64,000 nucleotides of DNA from Geosiphon pyriformis uo1 (taxonomy: Eukaryota > Fungi > Glomeromycota): NCBI GenBank assembly GCA_016748015.1, contig JAAOMT010000303.1, forward strand, positions 186,001 through 250,000, given 5' to 3'. The notes beneath the pieces were generated by a model. That model did not search any database. It had not been told where the DNA came from and saw nothing but the letters and a program-made list of their open reading frames with translations. A program made the position numbers and the translations under genes. Below, in pieces: positions 14,806 through 24,787 of this stretch; within the stretch, counting starts at the first letter, position 1, and each line of letters opens with the position of its first letter.

Positions 14806-15819
14806 TGTTACTAGAGGTTTTTGGTCTCTTTTCTTGAATGTTGTAAATGTCTGTTGGTTGCAAATTCACATTTTCTAGAAGTAGTTGAACCTCTAATAAC
14901 TGAATTTATCTTCAAATTATCTTCTATAATTTGAACTTGCTGGGCTTATAAGTGGAATGGCCAATTCCTTGCCAGTTACTTTATGTAGTTACATTGTAGT
15001 AAATGTCAACTCTTTTCCAGGAATTGCTCATCTGGAAGCTCACTAAAAATGTGTAGTTACTTTGCTGTGAAAGTCAACTCTTCTACAGGAATCTCGTCTG
15101 TAGACTACCCTAATGATTATAATAAGAAAATAAAAGAAATGTAAAAGAAATGTAAAAGAAATTGAATTCTGTCAAGGAAAACGTTTTCTATCCAGGCCTG
15201 AAGTTACTAACAGTTTTACTGAAATTGGTAGCTAATCAATTTTAAAACGTTAGTTGGGTTTTGGGAATTTTTCAAGTGCAATAATTAAAGAATTTGGTTT
15301 TTCAAATTATTTGGTATTTATTTCTTTTTGTGTATGTAGGAATGGTTTTAAGTAATAAATCTAAAGTAAGATATATTTTCTTGAAGAGAAAAGCTCTTTT
15401 TTTATACAACTTGTTATAGTACTAGTCTATGAACTTGCACTTTTTCTCTTTGCTCAAATTTCGGTAAACTAAAGATATATTTTGATGAACTACAAGTTAT
15501 TTTGCTGAACTATTGATTAATTTGGGTGAACTATTCATAATTTCGGCGAATTTCTATAAATTTCGACGAATTTCTTATAAATTTCGGCGAATTTCTGTAA
15601 ATTTCAGTGAATTTTAGAATGTTACAAAGTTCAGAGTATTGTCTAATTTAATCATCTTACTTTCTGTTATACTAATTAGATTATTTTAATTGAATCGTAA
15701 TATGTGATAATTGATTAAATAATAAATGATAATTTGAAATGATATTAATATACTAATTAATTATAGGAATTATAAGAGTAATTTCATGCTAATTAATAGC
15801 TAAAATTCTACTGGTAACA
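14806..15819 (-). repeat. 3' LTR of B1
   Basis: TGTTAC...GTAACA termini; about 33 differences from the 5' LTR by manual comparison. Confidence 0.95.
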
Positions 15820-16507
15820 TAATCTCCTCCTCAAGACTGAGCTCTGTCAAAGTCCAAGCACTATCTGTAATATTGAGATAGTGATCCAAAATAATTGAAG
15901 TAATCTGGTCTGAAAATTGTTGAAATTTTAGTTTTGTAAGTTTGTCAATATATTGGACTTTCATTGGTTGTAGTATTGAATTTTGTAGAACATTTTCACA
16001 AATATTAAACAAATCATAAAGTCTAAAAGCTGCTCTAAGTTTGTAGCGAGTGTTTGTTGGTCCAGCTGCTGTTTTGAATTCATTGTGAATTTGTTTTTGT
16101 ATAGCTTCAGGAGTGAAATTTGTTGTTTCAAGTTCCAGTTTTTGTTTATAAAGTGTTTTTCCAATGTAAAAGTATTTATAGATAAGGGTGTGTTCATTGT
16201 TCTGTTCATTGAGAAGTAGTAAAAGTTTTTGTTGTATTGTAGCATTTGGTGGAATGTCAATAGGGGCAATTAAAAGATTTTCTTCTAGTACTTGCTTCAA
16301 AAGTCTTGGTAACCTATTTTCAGAGTGGCTTCTTGTTTTTCTTCTATAGGAGTGATAGTTCTGTAAATGATTTGCTACTGGGGCTGTGGTTTTTTTCTGA
16401 ATGTAATTAATTTGACTTTCATTAATCATTATGGATAAGTCAGGAAGTGTTTTCAAGGCTAACATTAACTTTTGAGATATTTGTTGAATATTTTAGGGAA
16501 TAATCAT
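15800..16507 (-). CDS. B1 accessory ORF3 (unknown function, probably helical)
   Basis: 221-aa open frame at 15800-16465. An upstream in-frame ATG at 16507 is separated by one TAA, likely CAA>TAA. The frame runs across the PPT into the LTR. Motifs YFYIGKTL, LRAAFRLYDLF and IDKLTKLKFQQFSDQITSIIL are shared with ORF3 of families A and D. Confidence 0.7.
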
Positions 16508-16679
16508 GATAAAATTGACTAATTATAAAAAGAGAAAATAAAGAAAATTATTTTTTGGATATGGAATTTTTATTTGTTTTTGGATCTGGGTGTTTTTTGT
16601 AATTATTTACTATTTTTGTCTTTGTGTTTTTATTAGAGAATTATTGTAAAATTTAAGTATTCAAGTTTGGTTGTTGTTC

Positions 16680-18038
16680 TATTATAATTATTGATTCTAA
16701 ATTTCGGGAAATATCTTTAGGATTAATTAAAAGAGAATGTGTACCAATTTGTGGAATTAATGTTTCAGGATTGTTTCTGGAATGATAGTGTTTCAATCTG
16801 TCTCCATGTGCAATTTTTGCTAGTATTTTGGCATCAAGTCTTAACTTGTATGATCCATTGCCTAAAATTTCGTAAATATAAAATGGTCCATCCCATTTAT
16901 GTTTAAATTTTCCACTCTATTGTTTTTTAGCCTTAGTTCTGTGTAAGAAAACTTTATTTTCAACTTTAAATTCATTGGTTATGGGTGGTAATTTGTTGTC
17001 ATGTCTTTCTTTTTGTTGAGCTTGGGACTGTTCAATATGAGTTGCTGCTATTCTTCTTTTTCCTTCCAGTGTATTAAGAAAAGTGTAGGCCCTTCTTTGG
17101 AGTGTTTCTTGAAAGTTCTCTTCATTAATTGGTTACACAGGATATGTTTCTACTGTAAAATTAATTGGTAATATTGCTGTCCTTCCATAAGTAAGGTCAA
17201 ATAATGTGTGTTTTGTAGTATCCTGTTTTAGTGTTCTGTATGCTAGTAACACTAATGGAATAAAGATATTCTATTTCTGCTCAAAATCTGTTGAGACTTT
17301 GGCCAATAATTTACACAATGTTCTGTTGAAATGTTCTACAAGTTTATTTGTTTGAGGGTGATAAGATGATAATAGAGGTCTTTTGACATTAAATCATTTA
17401 CAAATTTCTTGTATCAAGTTGTTCACAAAATGTGTTCCTTAATCAGATAAGAGTTCAATTGGACATCCATGTCTACAAATAATGTCTTCATAGATGAAAT
17501 TTGCTACTGATTTTGCATTTGCTTTTTGGATAGCTCTAGCTTCAGGCCATTTGGTAAAATAATCCACTGCAACTGCAATATAACAATTTCCTTGAGTTGT
17601 GATAGGTAATGGTCTGACTAAATTAATTCCAACTCTGTCAAAAGGTTGTCCAACTTTGATTGGATTTAAAGGTTCTGTGGAGCAAGTTCCTTCTCTTCTT
17701 TGACAACTATCACAAGATTCTATATATTGTCGAATGTCTTTTTGTATGTGAGGCCAAAAATAATGTTCAAGAGTTCTTTGAATTGTTCCATCTTTTCCCA
17801 AGTATGCTAAAGAAAGATCTGTGTACATGTTGTATAGAATTGTTTCTTTTTCATTTTCCTGTACTAATCTAAGTGGTTGGTTTGGGTTTTTACAATTTTT
17901 GTAATAGATTTTGTTGTAGTGTATAAAATATTGTTTGGATTGGTGTTGTAATTGATGTTTTTTACTTGGAGACCAATTTTCTGGCATGGTGAGAGTCTCC
18001 AAATAGTTTTTGATGTTGTTGTAGTTTTTTGGATCCAT
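16680..18038 (-). pseudogene. B1 integrase, separate ORF starting MDPKNY
   Basis: ORF 17439-18038 contains YIESCDSCQRR, GINLVRPLP, AVDYFTKWPEA and PIELLSD*GTHF. Downstream are YHPQTNKLVEHFNRT and WDGPFYI. Confidence 0.92.
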
Positions 18039-18105
18039 TGTTGTTGATTTTGTTGTTTGTTCTGCTGTTAAGTTTGTTGGTGTTTTGTTGCTGTTAATGT
18101 TGGTA

Positions 18106-19400
18106 TTAATATTGTTTCATTCTTGAAAGACTATTAACATTGGTGTGTAGTTTTCCTGGTTTGTGATGTACAATATATCTGTAGTCTGCTAGGAAGTTAT
18201 TCCATCAAAACTGTTTGGCACTTTGTTCAGTTTTTTTTTTATTAAGCCATTTGAGGCCAATATTGTCAGTTATTATGTTAAATTCTTTTTCATTCTTCAG
18301 GTATTGTTGAAAGTGTTTAAGAGCCCAGATGACTGCAGTGGCTTTCAATTTAGTTGAGCCATATTTGAGTTCTGTCGGCTTGAGTGTTCTGCTGGCATAG
18401 GCGATAACTTGTTCCTGGCCATTTTCATCCAATTGTGATAAGATGGCACCAAATGCTATGTGTGAAGCATCAGTGGCTAATTGGAATCATTTGTTAAAGT
18501 CTGGGTAAACAAGAACTGGGGCTGTTGTCAATTTTGTTTTGAGAGTTTTAAAAGCTTTTTGTTGTTCTTCAGTTCATTTGTATGGTACGTTTTTGTTGGT
18601 AAGATAATTGAGTGGTTTGGCAATTTCTGAGAATCTTTTTATAAATTTTTGATAATAAGAGACTAATCCTATAAATCTTCGTAGTTCTGTGGTATTTCTG
18701 GGAGTTTGAAAGTTTTTGACAGCACTGATTGTTCCAGGATTTGGTTTGACTCTATCTTTGCTAACAATGTATCTGAGGAAGATTAAGCTTGTTTTCCCAA
18801 AGTGACATTTTTCAATATTTAACTTTAATCCTGCTTTCCATAATTGTTGAAAAACTTCTCACAAGTGGATAAGATGAGTTTCAAAGCTTGGTAAGTATAC
18901 ATCAGTGTTATCAAGATAGACAACTACTGATTGCCACAAAAATCCTTCATATACAACATCCATGAGTCGCTGGAATGTTGCTGGTGCATTGCAGAGTTCA
19001 AAAAGCATAACATTGAACTCATAGTTTCCTCCCTGAGTGGTAAATGCTGTTTTGGGTCGGTCTTTTGGGTCCATTTCGACTTGCCAGTATCCACTTTCCA
19101 AGTCTAAAGTTGAGAAGAACTTGGCTTTTCTTAGAGCATCTAGCATGTCATCAATTCTTGGAAGAGAGTAGACATCTCCAATTGTAACACTATTCAGTTG
19201 TTTATAATCAACACAGAATCTGATTTTTCAGTTTTTTTTTTAACTAAAACTACTGGTGAGGCCCAAGAACTTCTTGATGATTGAATCAATTCGTTATTGA
19301 GCATTCTTTGGACCTTTTCTCTAATAAATTGGTGGCTGGCAAGTGGCACTTGATAAGCTTGTTGACATTTTGGTGAAGCATCTCCTGTATGAATCTGATG
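18106..19400 (-). pseudogene. B1 reverse transcriptase and RNase H
   Basis: SPVVLVKKK, FSTLDLESGYWQV, KTAFTT, LCNAPATFQRLM and VVYLDNTD. RNase H: ATDASHIAFGAILSQ...IAYASRTL...ITDN...LSRMKQY*. Confidence 0.95.
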
Positions 19401-19949
19401 TTGAACAATGTCTATTTTTCTCAAGTCATTGTTGTCTTTTGCAAATATATTTGCAAATTTAGCTATCAATTGTTTCAATTGTCTTTGTTGTTGAGGTTCT
19501 AAGGAACCCATATTGATATAAGAGAGTTTTTCTTTTAAAAGATGGTAGTTTTTAGTGGTGGAAATGATATTTGGATTTGGGAGTAGAATGTGCCTTACAA
19601 TTTCGATAAAATTAGAGACAATTTGAGGGTTTTCATCTTGAAAAATATTGCTGTGTATGATTCCAATCTCTAATTTGTTTAATAAGACAATAGGGTAATT
19701 ATTGGGGTTGTAGAATGTAACTCGAAATTTTTTCATTCCTTTGAGAATATAAACATTTGAAATTGAGATTTCATGCTTCAAACAGATTTGTTTATTGGAT
19801 TCAAAGATTTGTTGGGTAGTAGTGGGTTTTGAGCAAGTGTAAATTTCGTGATGTTCTCCAAAAGGTAAAATGGTAATTGGTTGGGGAAGTTGAAGAATCT
19901 GGTGAGATTTATTTTGTATTTTAAGGGCTATGTTTACTGGAACTGTAAA

Positions 19950-20380
19950 TCATCCAGTTGAACCAAAATCTTGAGTTTTTCTTTCAATTTTTCCCAATTG
20001 TTCTCTGTTGTTAACTGATTGTAGACCCAAAATATTGATTAAAAGTAGGTAAATTGCTTGAGCAATTTTTTCAGCATGTTCAATCTTGAATGATTTGTCT
20101 GTTTCATTCTGCAATATGATGGTAATGTCTCCAGTGTATCCTGCATCTATAACTCCTCCTCTAATATTGATTTCTTTGCTTGCCAATGATAATCTGGAGG
20201 CAATTTGAACTATTGCTCCAGATGGAATTTCAAGAGTGATTTTGAGATTGATTTTTGTCAAAGATTTTGGTTGGAGAACCAAAGTATCTTTTTCTGGATA
20301 TCTTAGGTCATATCTAGTATCAATTTTGTGTGCTTTTTTTGGTCTGATTCCTTGGCCATGGTTGTCAAAGTATTTAAGTT
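19950..20380 (-). pseudogene. B1 dUTPase domain
   Basis: Trimeric dUTPase motifs I-V: DTRYDL, IASRLSLASKEI, GGVIDAGYTGDI, EKIAQAI, RKTQDFGSTG. Confidence 0.92.
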
Positions 20381-20499
20381 GTAGAGGTGGTTGCTTTTCA
20401 AGAAGATAGATGGGAGTGGTTGGTAGTTCTTCTACTAGTTCAAATACTCCAAATTCGATTTCATTTTCATTATTCTCTTCTGGCAAGGGAATGCTAAGA

Positions 20500-23400
20500 G
20501 TATAGCATTCTGGACACCATTTGTCATCACAAGACATGATGTATTCTTCATACAATTGAATGTTTATTTGCTCTAATCATTGAATTTGAGCTTCTTGAGT
20601 CAAGTATGTGTGGCTTGCAATTTGGTGGTAGGTTTTTACTTTATCTTCATAATCAAATCCAGCTAATTCTATGGTATATTCAATGTATTCAGCTTCTTTC
20701 ATTTGGTAGACATCTTCTTGAGTGGCTCCATTAATCAATGCCATTGCTAGGTCAAAAATCATTTCAGCATTATAAGGATAGTGGTAAAGTTTATTGAGGG
20801 CACTGTTGTATGCTGCATCAAATGATGTTTCTTTTCTGACTTTTTCCAAAATTGATAGAGCATATTGACAGATTTGATCACATACTTCTCTTCTCATTGC
20901 TATATCAATCCAATTTCATTCTTCTGGTAGCATTTTTCCACAAGTAAGACAAAGAGTTTTGTCCTATTTTCCACTTCTCTTTGGGGATTCAAATCGTTCT
21001 CTATGGTATGTCTTGCAGAAGTAGCAAGTGCGAGTTTCGTATTTCTCTTCTAGAGAAATACAGGCACCCATAGATGAAAGCTTCTTTTTACAATCTTTGC
21101 ATTTCAGTGGAATTTATGGTAGTTCTTTTTGTGATTTTGGTGTAGAATACCAAACCTTCTTCCATCTTCTTGTTTTCTCAAAAATTTCTTGTTCTGTTTC
21201 TTCAGCCCAATTGGATGTTGATCCAAGAGCCATGTAGGTTTCAGTAAGTAGCATTTCTTTCTCCTCTTCAAATTCAAATACTGGGGCTTTTTCTGATTGT
21301 TTGTTGAAAGTACCACAAATAACAGATACTATGGTGTATTGTCCTTGGTATGAGATTTTTAATTCCTGAGTTTTTCAGTTCAAGTTTGCATTGGCCTTAA
21401 GAAGCCAATCATTTCCGACCAAAGCTTAGTATTGGAGTGCATCCATGACTAGAACTTTGACTGAAATGGTGATTCCATCAATAGTGAATAGGAAATTGTC
21501 AATTTTTCTTACTGGTGTCTTTTTCATACCATCTGCTATAACAATTATAGTTTGGGCTGGTTTGTCAACAGTTCTTTGAAGCTGTTGCATTAACTGGTAG
21601 GTAATAATACTTCCAGCTGATCCACTGTCTAGAATTAGTCAAATGGGTTTTCCTTCTACTGTAGTTTTAGTATACATAGCAGTGATAGCTTTTTGTTCAT
21701 TAGCTGCTGTATTACTAAGCAAGAATGGTAATTCATTTGCTTCAAATTCAAATGGAAATATATCTGAAAGGTTGGCATTTTGGGCAATTTGAGCTGGTGA
21801 AATAGTGTTGTTAGAAGAGTTTGATCTGAATGCTGCAATTTTACCTTCAGAAAGTGCAGGTTGTTGAAAATCCGATTCCTTTGGTATTGTAAGATAACTG
21901 GGTTGAGTGTGATAGTGATTGGGTCTTTGCTAACCAGAATTTCGGGGAACCAACTGGTTATTTGGATTAATTCTGTTGTTATTCTGAAATTGATTTTGGG
22001 ATGTGAATTGATTATGTTGAACCAATCTTCTTGCTGGTACTTGATATTGTTGAGTGGATGGTGTCTGATATTGCTGAATTGGTAAAGGTTGCTGATATTG
22101 TTGTCAAATTGGTTGTGGAGCTGATTGATAATAGCTGTTTTGAATTTGTGGTCTCAGTGAATAATAAGTTGGTAGTAGGAGTTGGTAATAAAATTGTTGT
22201 AGTGAAGAGTAATATTGATTACTCCTGTTTTGTTGGTCTCTTTGTAGTTTCCTGCAATCTCATTTCTAGTGTTTTGGAATTCCACAATAGTGACAATTTT
22301 GAAGTTGATTGTTGGATGATGGTCCAGAGTTGTTTTGGTTGTGTCACTATAGTGGTTGATATTTTTGTGGTTGTTGTTGCTGTTGTTGCTGGTTTGTAAA
22401 ATAGCTTTCAACCTTTTTTTGTGAGTTGGTCTATCTTTTTTTCAGCTGCTAAGCTGGTTTCTCCAATAGTCAAGTTAACAAGTTTGGTGTGGTTTGCTTC
22501 TTCTATAGCCATTTTATAATTCTTTGCATGTCTAATGGCAGTTGCTAAGTCTGCTGGAGCATGTGGACAGACTTTCTTAATTAGTTTGTCTTTTAATCCT
22601 GCTATAAACTGATCCAGAATTTGAGCATCAGAATAATAGTCATTGGTTTCCAATTGTCAAATTTGTCTGAGAAGTTTGTTAAATTTTCCAAGATAGGTCA
22701 TAACAGTTTCAGATGTTTCTTGTTTGATATTGTGAAAGTGGTTTCTGAGAGTAATAGAGGTGTTGTTGTCGGAAAAATTTGTAGAAAAGCATCTTTGAAT
22801 GCTTGCCAGTTTTCAAATGGTTTTTCTAAATTTTTAAACCATTCTCCTGCTGTTCCTTGGAGAAAGTAGGGAATTGCTTTAAGCATTCTTGCTGCAATCC
22901 AACCATTTGCATCTCCTGTTTTTTGAACTTTGTCGAGCCATTTTTGAGAACTGGTATTATTATCTTCACTTGTGAATTCTGGAATCTTTGCAATGTAAAC
23001 AGTTGCCATTTCCTTTTCGTTTTCTGTGGCTTCTCTTTGTTCTGATTCAGTTTCTTCACTTTCCAAATTTTCTGAATGATTACTTTTGTTTTCCTGCAAG
23101 TATTCAATAATATTGGTGCTTGTTGATATAGGTTTCTGCTGTTGAGTAAGATTTCCAGGTGACTGAAAATCTTCTGGTCTGGAGAAATGGTTAAGTGGTA
23201 AATTTGGTGTTTGTGATCAAGCAAGTGAAATTGGAAATGGTGTGATAAAAAGTGGTAATTTGACACTGGTTCCTTGTTCAGGTGTTTGCAAGTGTTTGGC
23301 AGTTGTCTTTGATAGTATTGGAGTGTTTAGAGCGGTTTTTGAGTGTTGTTTCACTTTTTGTTTGCCTTTGTTGCCTGTTTCTGTTTTTGATTCAAAGTCA

Positions 23401-23726
23401 AAAAAGTATTTAGACTGTACTGGGTATTTTTTTTCACAATACTTGATAATGTTGTAATTGAGTTCTTGAAAATAGGTGGCAAGTGTTTCACTGTTAAGGT
23501 TTTCAGTTTTCAATCATGAATAGTGTACTAGATTATTGTAGAGATTGCTTCTCACTTCTGAAATGTTGTAATTTTCAAGAAGATAATTGTTGATACAGTT
23601 TTTAATGTATTGGTAGAATGTCCTTTCAACAATTTTAATTCCGTCTGGAATGTTGAATCTCTGCTTGCAATGGGTGTAAATTGACTGATAATACTCTAGA
23701 GTTGTTGTGTCTGGTGTGGTTGCCAC
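20500..23726 (-). pseudogene. B1 gag, aspartic protease and Cys-rich spacer domain
   Basis: Capsid-like IAKIPEFTSED...KWLDKV...ANGW...AIPYFLQGTAGEWF and QILDQFIAGL. Zinc knuckle CHYCGIPKH ~22270-22295. Protease ILDSGSAGSIIT ~21600-21636. CxxC clusters at 20500-21110. Confidence 0.88.
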
Positions 23727-23773
23727 TTTGAAGTTTGTTGTTTGCTGTATTATTTCTGTGAGAGAACACCAAA

Positions 23774-24787
23774 TGTTACCAGAGGTTTTTGGTCTCTTTT
23801 CTTGAATGTTGTAAATGTCTGTTGGTTGCAAATTCACATTTTCTAGAAGTAGTTGAACCTCTAATAACTGAATTTATCTTCAAATTATCTTCTATAATTT
23901 GAACTTGCTGGGCTTATAAGTGGAATGGCCAATTCCTTGCCAGTTACTTTATGTAGTTACATTGTAGTAAATGCCAACTCTTTTCCAGAAATTGCTTATC
24001 TGGAAGCTTACTAAAAATGTGTAGTTACTTTGCTGTGAAAGTCAACTCTTCTACAGGAATCTCGTCTGTAGACTACCCTAATGATTATAATAAGAAAATA
24101 AAAGAAATGTAAAAGAAATGTAAAAGAAATTGAATTCTGTCAAGGAAAACGTTTTTTATCCAGACCTGAAGTTACTAACAGTTTTACTGAAATTGGTAGC
24201 TAATCAATTTTAAAACATTAGTTGGGTTTTGGGGATTTTCCAAGTGCAATAATTAAAGAATTTGGTTTTTCAAATTATTTGGTATTTATTTTTTTTTGTG
24301 TATGTAGGAATAGTTCTAAGTAATAAATCTAAAGTAAGATATATTTTCTTGAAGAGAAAAGCTCTTTTTTTATACAACTTGTTATAGTACTAGTCTATAA
24401 ACTTGCACTTTTTCTTTTTGCTCAAATTTCAGCAAACTAAAAATACATTTTGATGAACTACAAGTTATTTCGCTGAACTATTGATTAATTTGGGTGAACT
24501 ATTCATAATTTCGGCGAATTTCTATAAATTTCGGCGAATTTCTTATAAATTTCGGCGAATTTCTGTAAATTTCGGCGAATTTTAGAATGTTACAAAGTTC
24601 AGAGTATTGTGTAATTTGATTATCCTACTTTCTGTTATACTAATTAGATTATTTTAATCGAATCATGATATGTGATAATTGATTAAATAATAAATGATAA
24701 TTTGAAATGATATTAATATACTAATTAATTATAAGAATTATAAGGATAATTTCATGCTAATTAATAGCTAAAATTCTACTGGTAACA
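23774..24787 (-). repeat. 5' LTR of B1
   Basis: 1014 bp; adjacent to the PBS; contains four tttcggcgaattt repeats at ~24509-24582. Confidence 0.95.

Larger units (their letters stand above)
14806..24787 (-). mobile_element. Full-length Ty3/gypsy element B1 (9982 bp), the element with the most similar LTR pair in the window
   Basis: Two 1014-bp LTRs (14806-15819, 23774-24787). Perfect 4-bp TSD ACAT (14802-14805, 24788-24791) inside the A2 protease. PBS tggtgttctct at 23761-23771; PPT gaggaggaga ~15823-15832; all internal domains present. Confidence 0.95.

Noticed and set aside
15540-15615. Regularly spaced repeats resembling a CRISPR array (also the GAATTC arrays and 61300-61343)
   Set aside because: Units are 12-33 bp with no unique spacers, lie inside LTRs, and no cas genes are present.
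16680-16950. Chromodomain at the integrase C-terminus (chromovirus assignment)
   Set aside because: After the GPF motif the integrase ends within about 60 codons and no chromodomain signature (Y.VKW.G) is visible.
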